From contig JBBISL010000006.1 of the NCBI GenBank assembly GCA_037441285.1, forward strand, positions 33,157-97,156: DNA of 64,000 bases, in the 5' to 3' direction. The number at the start of each line of letters is the position of its first letter. Positions within the stretch are counted from its first letter, which is position 1. A program made the translations under genes and the position numbers. Under the pieces are notes generated by a model. The model made no database searches, was not told the DNA's origin, and was given only the letters and a program-made list of their open reading frames with translations. This DNA comes from a candidate division WOR-3 bacterium (lineage in GTDB: Bacteria > Hydrothermota > Tepidihabitantia > Tepidihabitantales > Tepidihabitantaceae). Positions 1 to 10,507 of this stretch are shown in pieces.

Positions 1-44
1 CTTAACCGGTTGACTGACTTTGAAAATCGGCTAATCTATCACCA

Positions 45-1316
45 ATGAGCGAAAACATCTTTACCGACCTGTCGGCGCGTCCCCTCGAACTGGGCATCGC
101 CGCGGTTGACCCGCTCGAAACCGAAAGGCTGCGCCGGGTCATCGCCGCTCAGGAACCGGGCTCAAATCTACTCACGCTTCCGGCTGAAGAGATGCTGAGC
201 CGTCTGGGCATCTTAACCGCTCAGGGCAAACTGACCACCGCCGGTATGCTTCTGGTCGGCAAAGAGGAACTACTCCGCTCGACCATCCCGGGCCACAGCG
301 CCATCTACCTCCATATGAAAAACGATGTTGAGTACGACCGGCGCATCGATTCCACCAAACCGCTCCTCGCCCTCCTCGAAGAGTTCACCAATTCGGTTGA
401 ACCTCACAACCGCATCTTCACCCTGAAGTTCGGCCTCTTCCACTTTGAAATCCCGGACTTTCCGCCTGAGGTCTATCGCGAGGCGCTGCTCAACGCCTTC
501 ACCCACCGCGACTACTCAATAACCGCACCCGTCTATCTCCGCCACTTTCCGGACCGGCTGGAAATCTCCTCACCCGGTGGATTTTTAAGCGATGTTACTC
601 CGGAAAACATCATTGGCCATGAGCCCATCAGCCGCAACCCGCTCCTTGCCGAAATCCTTGAGCGCATCCGCCTGGTTGAGCGCGCCGGTATGGGCGTGAA
701 ACGGATGTTCCAGATTCTCCTCTCCTATGGCAAAGAGCCACCCGCCTACGAATCGGGCGCCGACTATGTCCGGGTTACGCTCCGCTCGGGCCGGGCAGAA
801 AACAAAATTGATGAAAACTTTGCCCGCTTTGTTGTCCGCTGCCAGCAGGAGGGTAAAGAACTTTCCCTTTCTGACCTCTTGCTCCTCAACTGGCTCAAAC
901 GCAACCGCGAACTGGACCTTACCGAAGCCCGCACCATCCTTGGCCGGTCCGAACGGGAGGCGTACGAAGCGCTCACCGCAATGGTCAACCGCGGACTCCT
1001 TGAACCGTTTGGTGAAAAAAAGGGCAGGGTGTACCGGCTGTCAAAAATGGCTTATGCCCGGCTGCGCAAATCGGTAAACTACTACCCATTCCGCCGCGCC
1101 GAATCCACCTATGCCGAGACCACCATTCTCCACTACCTTGAAGACCTCACCGGACCCGAAGAGTCCCGCTTTATCACCAACGAGATTGTCCGCACCCTAT
1201 TGCGCGTCTCACCGGACCAGGCAACCCATATCCTTAACCGGCTGGTAAAACAGGGCAAACTCACCCTTACTGGTAAAGGCAGGGGCGCCCGTTACCACCT
1301 TCGCAAAACCTCATAG
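45..1316 (+). CDS. ATP-binding putative transcriptional regulator (HATPase_c_4 / RecG-C-like domain plus C-terminal wHTH), without an N-terminal AlbA_2 domain
   Basis: Motifs REALLNAFTHRDY, RLEISSPGG, SRNPLLA and ERAGMGV; C-terminal HTH ending GKGRGARY. The frame is closed upstream of ATG 45. Confidence 0.8.
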   Translation: MSENIFTDLSARPLELGIAAVDPLETERLRRVIAAQEPGSNLLTLPAEEMLSRLGILTAQGKLTTAGMLLVGKEELLRSTIPGHSAIYLHMKNDVEYDRRIDSTKPLLALLEEFTNSVEPHNRIFTLKFGLFHFEIPDFPPEVYREALLNAFTHRDYSITAPVYLRHFPDRLEISSPGGFLSDVTPENIIGHEPISRNPLLAEILERIRLVERAGMGVKRMFQILLSYGKEPPAYESGADYVRVTLRSGRAENKIDENFARFVVRCQQEGKELSLSDLLLLNWLKRNRELDLTEARTILGRSEREAYEALTAMVNRGLLEPFGEKKGRVYRLSKMAYARLRKSVNYYPFRRAESTYAETTILHYLEDLTGPEESRFITNEIVRTLLRVSPDQATHILNRLVKQGKLTLTGKGRGARYHLRKTS

Positions 1317-1381
1317 CAACCCCAACCGCCCGACACACCAAGAGCCAGCACCAATACCAGCCGAAAATCGGTGAGACCACA

Positions 1382-1510
1382 ATTTCCCATACCATCCCCG
1401 AAACTGTCCCGGGGTTGGGTAGGGAAAATCGGCTGAAAACAGATTAACCCACAAAAAATCATATCGTTATGTCAAAACCCACTTTTTCTATCGTTATACT
1501 TTAAAGTATA
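1382..1510. repeat. Dispersed ~130-bp intergenic element, copy A (imperfect hairpin + IHF-like site + TATACTTTAAAGTATA palindrome)
   Basis: Three blocks shared with 22192-22319 at the same spacing (within 1 nt). Confidence 0.8.
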
Positions 1511-1617
1511 CTTATCCCATTCATCGGCTCTGATTCACACCTTCAGCAAATTAGGTTAAAGTAATCCCTTTGACACCGACCCATCTCTTTCGGGCAAATA
1601 AACCACCCTGCATCTCT

Positions 1618-1645
1618 TTGACCGCACAATTTAGTTTAATATAAT
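1618..1645 (+). promoter_or_regulatory. sigma70-type promoter of the S8 peptidase gene
   Basis: TTGACC-N16-TATAAT, followed by SD AAAGGAGG before GTG 1675. Confidence 0.6.
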
Positions 1646-1674
1646 TTATAGATATAAACCTTAAAGGAGGACTG

Positions 1675-4395
1675 GTGAGTAAAACAATCTGCGCCAGCAT
1701 TTTCTTAATGCTGTGCATCGTCCCAATCTCTGCTTTGCCCGCAGACCATTTTCGTTCCGGGCAGATTCACCGCTTTTCATCCGAACCCAGTGCGGAAATC
1801 AACTTCATCTCTTTTAGCAACGGCTATACCATTGACACCCGCTATGGCGAACCCAGCCTGCCGGTCGATTTGCGGCTTGAGCCCCTTGAAGCCCGCTACT
1901 ACATTATTCAGTTTACCGGACCAATCCAGCGGTCCTGGTTTTCCCGATTAAACACCCTGGGCATCACGACCATCGGTTATCTGCCCTATTACGCCACCAT
2001 CGCCCGTTTGACACCGGCGCAACGGGAGCAGGTCGCGCAACTGCCCTTTGTCCGCTGGACCGGTATCTTTCAGCCCGCCTACAAAATTCAGGCGGAACTG
2101 CTGAACCGCACCGAACCAACAGACATTGCGGTTCTCGTAACACCTGGAGAACCGGCGCAACCCCTAAAACAGATTATCACGCTTCAGGGTGGCACCGTGG
2201 TCCAGACCAGCGAAAGCCCATTTGGCACCGTGCTGCACGCCACTCTGCCGGGCTGGGCAATTCCCCTACTTGCCCGCGCGCCTGAGGCGTTCTGGATTCA
2301 GGAGTGGACCGAACCAACGACCGCCAACAACAACGGTCAATGGGTCACCCAATCGGGCTGGCGCGCCACTGCACCGCCCGACACCTCAACCGCGGCGCGG
2401 CCCGTGTGGCGCAATGGTGTGCGCGGTCAAGGGGTCATTCTTTCCACCACCGACACCGGCTTGAACCTCGGCCACGATATGTTCCGCGACCCGGCGCTAT
2501 CGGTAACCCCGCCTGGAATCTGGCCCGAGCATCGCAAGGTGGTCGCCTACAAAAAGTATGCTACCGCTGATGCCAGTGAAGGACAGTATCACGGCTCCCA
2601 TGTCAACGGCACCGTTGCCGGTGACGACTCAATTACCGGCGGCACCAGTTACTACGACGGTATGTCAATCAAGGGCCGTCTCTACTTTGTTGACCTGACC
2701 AACGGCACCAGTTTTGTGCTCGGCACCGACCTCTGGACCCTCTGGGACACGGTCTATTTTGGCCGGGGTTTGCCCGATTCGCTCCGACCCATCAAACAGC
2801 ACTCCGGCTCCTGGGGCTGGTCCAACTCCTCGGGCACCTATCTCCTCCAGGACGCCTCTACCGACGCCTTCATCTGGGCGCACAAAGACTTCCTGAACAT
2901 TATGGCAGCGGGCAATGAGTACTCAACCCGCCGGATTCGCAACCCGGGAATCGCCAAGAATGTTGTGACCGTCGGCGCGCTCCAGAACGGCACCGCCTCC
3001 AACGCCATCGCCTCATTTTCCAGCCGGGGACCAACCCAGGACGGCAGGCTCAAACCGAGCATTATGGCACCGGGCGAAGGCATCTACTCCGCAACCCGCA
3101 CCGGCACCAACACCTATCAGTCAATGGACGGCACCTCAATGGCAACGCCGATGACCAGCGGCGCCATCGGACTCATCCGCTGTTACCTCCAGGAAGGCTA
3201 TTACCCGACCGGCACCGCAACACCGGAAAACCGCATCTCCTACATCTCGGCGGCACTGCTCCGCTCAATGGCAATCGCCTCCGCCGACCCGAACATCGGC
3301 TCCTACACACCACCGGACAACAACATCGGCTGGGGCAGAATTGATGTCGATTCGGTACTCTACTTTGCGGGCGACACCCGAAAACTTCTGTTAAAGGACG
3401 ACACGATTGGCATCGCCACCGGCGAATATGCCGAAGAGCAGTTCCGGGTTGAATCTTCAATCCCGTTAAGGGTCGCCCTTGCCTGGTCTGACACCGCAGC
3501 GGCGCCCAGCGCCAACCCAACCCTTGTCAACAACCTTGACTTAGAACTGATTTCACCCACTGGCACCTACTACCGCGGCAATAAGTACAGCGCGGGTCAA
3601 TCCATCGCCAACCCCACCGGCTGGGACTCAATCAACACCGAAGAGTGCTGCCGCATCAATGCACCGGACACCGGACTCTGGACAATTCGGGTTTATGGCA
3701 GAAATGTCGCAACCGGTAGCCGTCAGCCTTTTGCCTGGACAATCACCGGCGCGCTCGCCCTGCCGACAATAACCCACGATGCCGGCGTAATGGCAATCAT
3801 CACCCCGAGCGGTGACATCGACTCCGGCACGGTTATCACACCCCAGGCACTGGTCAAAAACTACGGCACGACCGACGAAGAAATTACAGTAATTTTCAAA
3901 ATCTCATCAATCTAAACCGACACCCAGACAGTAACGCTCGCCGCAGGCGCAACCGAAACCCTTGACTTCGACCCCTGGGCCGCAGAAGTAATCGGCACCC
4001 AGACCGCAACATCCTTCACCATCCTGTCGGGCGATGAAAATCCGGCTAACGACACCGCCCGGTTTGAGTTTGAGGTCCTGCCCGGCACCGGCGTCAAAGA
4101 AGGCATCGCATCGCTCAATCGGGTATTTCTTGCTCCGGCCGAACCCAACCCCTTCCGCAACAATGTCTCTCTCCGCTTCAATCTGCCTAAATTTAGTTCG
4201 GTAAAACTCCAGATTTTCTCAGTTACCGGCGAACTTGTCGCCACCCTCGTCAACACCGAAAAACCAGCAGGCATCCACACCGTCATCTGGAACGGCACGA
4301 TGGAAAATGGTAAAAGCGCCAACCACGGCGTCTTCTACTGCCGGCTCAGCACGGGCAACACCGTACTCACTCGCAAACTTATCAAAACCCGATAA
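1675..4395 (+). pseudogene. Secreted S8 (subtilisin-like) peptidase with CARDB and FlgD/T9SS-like C-terminal domains, interrupted by an in-frame TAA at 3913-3915
   Basis: Signal peptide; catalytic motifs TDTG, HGSHVNG, GTSMATP. The frame stays open after the TAA (TDTQTVTLAAG...PNPFRNN...TRKLIKTR) to TAA 4393-4395. Confidence 0.8.
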
Positions 4396-4413
4396 AGAAG
4401 AAGTACCTATGCG

Positions 4414-4449
4414 CGGGGCGTCGGCTCATCCTGACGCCCCGTTTTATTT
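4414..4449 (+). terminator. Intrinsic terminator
   Basis: CGGGGCGTCGG...CTGACGCCCCG stem followed by TTTTATTT. Confidence 0.8.
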
Positions 4450-4500
4450 CCACCCTCATTTGGATTTAAGGCGACCTTTTTTGAAAATAAGACATTGTTA

Positions 4501-4529
4501 TTGACACAACCCGTTCACGGGTTTATTAT
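4501..4529 (+). promoter_or_regulatory. sigma70-type promoter with an inverted repeat in the spacer; leaderless start
   Basis: TTGACA-N17-TATTAT; spacer contains AACCCGT-TC-ACGGGTT; ATG 6 nt after the -10. Confidence 0.65.
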
Positions 4530-4535
4530 ATTTTG

Positions 4536-6740
4536 ATGGTTAAAAACCCGCTCTGGCTCTTCGCTCTCCTACTTGCTATAACCCGGGCTGAATGGGTTTC
4601 CATTGGACCGGACGGCGGTAACATTCAAATTCTGACAATTGACCCGCAAAGCCCGAACCGTCTACTGGCAATACCTTACGAAGGACTGGACACACCGCGT
4701 GTGTTTGTCACGGTTGATTCCGGTGCCCACTGGCAGACACTCAGCCGGTTCGGTGACTTCTATCCGCTAACATTGGCGATCGACCCCTATCAACCCAATC
4801 GGGCTTATGCCCTGAACGGAAGCGGCAACCTATTTCTTTCCACCGACAGCGGCGTCTCCTGGCAACTCGGCTCTTTACCCGGACTCAACCTCACCTTAAA
4901 ACCGGACCCGCACATCGCGGGACGGCTCCTGGTCGGCGGTTATGATGTGGTTAATGGCAACTATCTGCCGGCGGTACATATATCAACCGATTTTGGTGCA
5001 CACTGGGTCAGGGTGATTCCCGACTCAACCGCCCTTAATCAGCAAGCCCTCTGCCTTGAGTTTGACCCGGCGGTAAGCGATGTCATCTGGCTCGGCTGCT
5101 CCAACTCCCTGATTTATCGTTCAACCGATGGCGGAGTCACCTGGGAACGGCGCTGTTCTGGTCTGCCGGCAAACGCCCCAATCCAGGCGTTGTCCGTTAA
5201 CCCGGACAACAGCGCCCTCGTCCTTGCCGCAACTGCGTTTGGGCTTTACCGCACGACCGATGCCGGAATGACCTGGCAAAGCGTAGGTATTGCCCGTACC
5301 ACTGTTGTTCAATTCCCCTTAACCAATGGTGGAATCGGTTATGCGCTCGGTTATGACACCTTAACCCAATTCTACCGGCTGTTTGTCTCCCACGACAGCG
5401 GCGCAACCTGGAGTACGGCGCAGCCCGGAATTACCCTTGACAAAGGTGGCGGCTTGATTGCCGACCCGCTAATACCCGCTCGTGCCTATATCTACTCCCC
5501 GAAAGGTGTGTTCTGGTCTAATGATGCTGGTAACAACTGGTCTGAGCGCCATTCCGGGATGCGCTTTACCCGCATCTCAACCATCAGCGTCAGCCCTTCT
5601 GACTCCAGCCGGGTGTATCTGGAGTTTTACGAGAACGGTGTTTTTAAGTCCCTGGACGGTGGCAACACCTGGCACCGCTGCTCCGATTTTCTTGCCTGCG
5701 GTAACATCTGCGCAATCGGAATCGCCCCTGGTCCTGGCACCGATATCCTTTACGCCCTGGAAGGCAAGGGTTGAGGCTCTTCTGAGCTCTTTAAGAGCAC
5801 CGACGGCGGGTCCGTCTGGGAACAGATAGACTCCTACTACGATGATGGTGGTTGCTGCCTTGTCCATCCTGCCCAGCCGGAGTTAATCCTCACCGGTGGC
5901 CGAGGACCGGTGAGCCAGACCAACTGGTCTTTTGTCGTCTCCTACTCTACCAACGGTGGTAGCAACTGGACCCGCTGTAACCTGTCCGGTTCCAGCACCG
6001 GTTTCTGTTATACGCTTGCTTTCGCCCCATCGCAAACCGAAATCTTCTATGCCGGTGGCGAGGTTGCGGGCTACGGTGCCGTTTACCGCTCGACAAATAA
6101 CGGCATCACCTGGACACGGACAACTCAAGCACCGATTGAAACCGTTTTCAGCCTCATTGTCCATCCTCGAAATCCCAACCTTATCTACGCTGCCACTGCG
6201 GGCGGTGTGTACCGGTCAACAGACGCCGGAACAAACTGGACCAACCTCCTTTCCCAGCGCGGCATGCGGACGATAAAAATCTTCCCGGACGCACCCGACA
6301 CCATCGTTGCCGCCGGTGACTATGGAGTGATGGTTTCAACCGATGCCGGCGCCCACTGGCACGAGATGAACGACGGCTTGGAATGTTTGCGGATAACCAG
6401 CCTTGAGTTTGTCCACGCCCCGGAACTCAGCCTCCTTGCCGGAACCACTAACGGTGCCGGATACCGCTGGACTTTTTCTACCGGTACCAACGAACTTCCC
6501 GATTCTAAGACAACGCCCTGGCGCATCTCGCCCAATCCCGCAAGCCACCGCGTCTCCGTCCAGACCAACCATCCGGTGCCGCACCTTGCCCTTTACGATG
6601 CACTGGGCAGAAAGGTCTGGCACGGTTCAGGCGCTCAAACGGTGACAATTGATGTCAGCCGCCTGCCCCGCGGTGTCTACCACCTTGAAGCCCGAACCGC
6701 TCTGGGAAGATGGATCGGCCGGTTTACCGTTGCCCGCTGA
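4536..6740 (+). CDS. Secreted BNR/Asp-box beta-propeller protein with T9SS-like C-terminal domain, with an in-frame UGA at 5772-5774 (candidate Sec, readthrough or nonsense)
   Basis: ORFs 4533-5774 and 5910-6740 share a frame. The gap reads *GSSELFKSTDGGSVWEQ..., continuing the SxDxGxxW repeats. C-terminus ISPNPA...YDALGR...GVYHL. Confidence 0.8.
5800..5819 (+). promoter_or_regulatory. SECIS-like hairpin downstream of the in-frame UGA
   Basis: CC-GACGG-[CGGGT]-CCGTC-T-GG; the loop has G at position 2 and begins about 33 nt after the UGA. Confidence 0.35.
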
Positions 6741-6755
6741 GTAAGCAGAACCGCC

Positions 6756-9326
6756 TCAGTTAATCAAAACCGCCTTCTTGACTCCCTTTCCACCCGGCAC
6801 TATTAGGAAGTATATCCCGTTAGGAATAGACCTTGTATCCCAGACCGTGCATCCCTGGGAAGTTTTCAGCCGGGAAACCTCGCGGCCCGAACGGTCGTAA
6901 ACCACAATTTCGTCATCGCGCCTCCCAGCCGGGTTCAACCGGATTTGTACCACACCCCGCACCGGATTGGACATAACAAACTTCTGCCCGGAAAGCCCGG
7001 TACCCGGGATTAGTAACCTGCTCTCCTCTAATCCGGTCGGCTCCACCGTGGTGAACTTTATTGCCCGGCCCGGTGCAATCGGCGCCGCGCCGTGGTGGTA
7101 ATCACCATTGTAAAGCACCTGAATCGCAATCGTGCGGGTTGGGTCCTGAATTCCGATTGTTGAACTGGTAAGATTGTTTGCGGTTTGGTACTGGAACACA
7201 ATCACATTGTCGCCCGTCGGTGTCCGTACCGTAGAGTCGTAGATTACCACCTGAAACTTGTCACGAATGGTACGGGGGTTGTAGTAACAGACGCTGTCGT
7301 ACTCAATTACCAGCCGGTGGTTCAGCGAATCGTAGTGGTAATAAACAAACCCGGTGCTGTTGTAGTCCGGATAAAGGTCATCCCAGTTAACACCGATTAC
7401 CCCGGGCGGTGTTTGGGAACTGGGTAATGGCTGGTTGGTGTAGTTCGGTTGTCGGTAAAAGCCCGGGCAGAGCCAGCCATCCGCCGAAATCGAAAGCGAG
7501 TCATACTCCCGGCCATAAAAACGAAAAGGACCAAAACCATCAGGAATCTTTATTACCTTTACGCTATCATTGTGGGGAAAATTCAGCCGCGTCCCGATAC
7601 CGTTGACCTCCACCCATTCGTAAACCGGATGCTGTACCCAGGCGGTGTCGATGTCATCATAAGCCCAGTAGATAGGTGGTTCGCTATTGTCCGGAATCGG
7701 GTCGGTGACGAGATAGCGACCAACCGGTATCGTAAACTGGCTCTGATAGGTACTCTCCTGCGCCGTGATAAACAATTCAAACTCAACGGGATGCTCGCGG
7801 GGAGTATTAACCGCTGCAACCATCGTGTAAGGTTCGCTACCGACAACAGATTCACCGGCCCGAATGTCACCTAAAAAGATGCTGTCCGAAAACAGCGTAA
7901 CAAAACTGTCCGCGGTGCTCGTCCGGGCGCTAACCGCATGGGCATCAACCATCCCAAAGTTTTTCAGGGTCACATACACGCCGACACTCTCTCCCGGGTC
8001 CCAGAAGCCGTTGTTGTTACCGGCAGCGTCGTCAACCCGGTAGCGCAGTAAGCCCAGCAGTGGCTGGTTTGATGGTACCGGTTCGCCCAATAGTGCCAAC
8101 CCGGCAACACCCGTTTTTGTCACCTCGGTGCAGAACTCATTGCTGTTGTAGCCGGCACCGATTGAGTCGCCTGGTGTGTGATAGTAGGGGTTTACAGGCC
8201 AGAAGTCCTCTATGCCGCAGAACGCCAGATAACCGTTGTTCCAGAAGGGTCCGTGGTCTGAATTCTGGTTGTCGTTCACCATCCGCTTGTAAATCGGCAG
8301 TCCGGTATAGGTGTCCGCCACCGCGGTGAACCAGTCAACAAAAGGCTCGCACGCTGGATTCGCAATCTTCCCCATCACATCAAGGTTCTCGGGTGCCGCA
8401 TCCACATAGCCAATCATATCAAAGTTCAAAACCCCGAGGATTGAATCGCCCTGCAGCCGTGCCTGATTCGCATAATACTCACTGCCGTAAAGCCCAAACT
8501 CCTCACCGGAAAATGCGATAAACCGCAGGTCGTTTTGAAACTGGTATCCCTGAGTAACCCGTGCCGCCTCAATCACCGCCGCGGTGCCTGATGCATTGTC
8601 GTCCGCACCGGGTGCGTTACTCGGTGCATAAGAGTCAAAATGGCCACAGACTATCGCATAAGGGTTGCGCTCGCCCCGTACCCCAAACTTAATCCCGATT
8701 ACATTCGGTGCATGACCCGAGGTGTGGTCTTGCATTAGCACCGTGTCACAGCCGTAGGCAAGAAACTTCTGTCTTATCCACTCTGCCGCGGCCCGGCAGG
8801 AGTCTGATGTTGAATAGCGAGTCCGGTAGTTCTGCAGCCGCCGGACATAAGAAAGAACCGAATCGGCTGACACCCGGGAGACCATCTGCTCCACTAAAGG
8901 ATTGGACAAAACCGGCGGCGCTTTCCACCCCGAACGGTGAAAGACCCAACCTTGAAGGCTTACCCGGCCCAAAAACGCGGGCAGGGTCATCAACTGTTCA
9001 ACCCTATCAGGCGCAACCGCAACCAGGAACTCTGTGCCGTCAAAGTCGAGAATCCGTGCCCGCTCTGCCAGCTCTTCCCGTGCCGTCCAGTTAACAAGCC
9101 GCACCCGGTAGTAAACATTCTCATCCGGTCGAAAATCCAGCACTCTGCCCTCGCACGCTGTAATCTGCTCCTCTTTACCCACAACCAGAACCCCATTGCC
9201 GGTCTGGCCCACAACACGAAACTCACCTGCCAGTTGTTCGGGCAAAACGCCGGGGATAATCCCTATAACCTCTTCAGCAATCAGAGCACAGAAAACTGCA
9301 CCCAACATCAAAAGCGTTCTTTTCAC
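6756..9326 (-). CDS. Secreted M28 family aminopeptidase with accessory domains and T9SS-like tail
   Basis: CGHFDS, GADDNASG, FSGEEFGLYGS, NFDMIG, SDH and YHT motifs; signal peptide; SD AAGGAGG. Confidence 0.85.
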   Translation of the reverse strand: MKRTLLMLGAVFCALIAEEVIGIIPGVLPEQLAGEFRVVGQTGNGVLVVGKEEQITACEGRVLDFRPDENVYYRVRLVNWTAREELAERARILDFDGTEFLVAVAPDRVEQLMTLPAFLGRVSLQGWVFHRSGWKAPPVLSNPLVEQMVSRVSADSVLSYVRRLQNYRTRYSTSDSCRAAAEWIRQKFLAYGCDTVLMQDHTSGHAPNVIGIKFGVRGERNPYAIVCGHFDSYAPSNAPGADDNASGTAAVIEAARVTQGYQFQNDLRFIAFSGEEFGLYGSEYYANQARLQGDSILGVLNFDMIGYVDAAPENLDVMGKIANPACEPFVDWFTAVADTYTGLPIYKRMVNDNQNSDHGPFWNNGYLAFCGIEDFWPVNPYYHTPGDSIGAGYNSNEFCTEVTKTGVAGLALLGEPVPSNQPLLGLLRYRVDDAAGNNNGFWDPGESVGVYVTLKNFGMVDAHAVSARTSTADSFVTLFSDSIFLGDIRAGESVVGSEPYTMVAAVNTPREHPVEFELFITAQESTYQSQFTIPVGRYLVTDPIPDNSEPPIYWAYDDIDTAWVQHPVYEWVEVNGIGTRLNFPHNDSVKVIKIPDGFGPFRFYGREYDSLSISADGWLCPGFYRQPNYTNQPLPSSQTPPGVIGVNWDDLYPDYNSTGFVYYHYDSLNHRLVIEYDSVCYYNPRTIRDKFQVVIYDSTVRTPTGDNVIVFQYQTANNLTSSTIGIQDPTRTIAIQVLYNGDYHHGAAPIAPGRAIKFTTVEPTGLEESRLLIPGTGLSGQKFVMSNPVRGVVQIRLNPAGRRDDEIVVYDRSGREVSRLKTSQGCTVWDTRSIPNGIYFLIVPGGKGVKKAVLIN

Positions 9327-9532
9327 TTTTCCTCCTTTCTTAAATTACCATTAATTTTACCACCAGACCACCAAAAGACAAGTCTCGCACCCCCCAAAAT
9401 GTCCATAGCGATGTTTTGTAATAACCCATTGTTTTTCATATAGTTATTAGATTAACCCGTGCTGGTTGTTATACTCAAAGGCAAACCGCACCTCTTGACA
9501 ATCCTACAAAATCTGGTATATTTTCACTCATA

Positions 9533-10507
9533 ATGGGGTTTACAAACCAGTCTGAAGCTGCTGATACCGGTTTGGGCAAGCCGCTTGTCTCGGTAATTGT
9601 ACCGGCTTACAATGAGGTTGAGAACATTGAGCCCCTCCTTGCCGAACTGGCAGAAAAACTGGACGACTCATATGAGGTAATCGTGGTTGATGACGGCTCC
9701 ACTGATGGCACCTACAACAAAGCCGATTCGCTTCGGGATAAGTATCCGTTTCTCAAAATCCGGCGCCTGAGTAGAAATCAGGGTAAGACCGCGGCGGTTC
9801 TTGCCGGCTTTGAACTCGCTCGGGGCCATTATGTTTCAATCTTTGATGCCGACCTGCAGTTTACGCCCGAAGACATCAAACATCAGGTTGAACTTCTTAA
9901 AAAGGGTTATGACCTGGTCACGGGCCGAAAGGTTGGCCATTACGAAAAGCGCACCGTCTCCTCCATCTACAACTGGCTGGCACGGAAACTGTTCGGATTG
10001 AAGGTCCACGACATCAACGCCCTCAAAACCTTCCGCCGGGAGGTTCTGGAAGCAATCTCGCTGCGCAAAGACTGGCACCGCTATATCGTTCCCCTTGCCG
10101 CCCAAAAGGGTTTTTCGGTCGTGGAAATCCCGGTCGAACTCCGGCCTCGTTATGCGGGAAAGCCCAAGTACTCCAATCCCGGCCGCATTGTCATCGGCTT
10201 TCTTGACCTCCTTGCGGTTGGATTTCAGGTTTCATTTATGCGCAAACCTTTGCTTTACTTCGGCACACTCGGGCTGGTCAGCCTTCTTATCGGTTTTCTT
10301 GTCGGCTTAATCGCCATCATCCTTCGCATCCTCGGTCATGGTTTTCGGCCGCTACTTTACCTTGTCATCCTCTCGGTTCTTGCCGGTCTATTGCTCTTTG
10401 CCGCTGGCTTCCTCGGTGAGGCGCTCGCCTATATCAACGAGCGGATTGAGCATCTGGAGCAGGCGCTGCGCCCCAACCCAAACCGAGAGAAAAGGCATGA
10501 AAAGTGA
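9533..10507 (+). CDS. GT2 glycosyltransferase (polyprenol-phosphate glycosyltransferase, ArnC/DPM1-like)
   Basis: SVIVPAYNE, VVDDGSTDGT, DADLQ; two C-terminal TM helices. Confidence 0.85.
   Translation: MGFTNQSEAADTGLGKPLVSVIVPAYNEVENIEPLLAELAEKLDDSYEVIVVDDGSTDGTYNKADSLRDKYPFLKIRRLSRNQGKTAAVLAGFELARGHYVSIFDADLQFTPEDIKHQVELLKKGYDLVTGRKVGHYEKRTVSSIYNWLARKLFGLKVHDINALKTFRREVLEAISLRKDWHRYIVPLAAQKGFSVVEIPVELRPRYAGKPKYSNPGRIVIGFLDLLAVGFQVSFMRKPLLYFGTLGLVSLLIGFLVGLIAIILRILGHGFRPLLYLVILSVLAGLLLFAAGFLGEALAYINERIEHLEQALRPNPNREKRHEK

Noticed and set aside
5772..5774. Genome-wide UGA reassignment (code 4 or 25)
   Set aside because: Many genes end cleanly in TGA, including ATGA overlaps (e.g. 32769-32772, 58106-58109), and Trp is encoded by TGG
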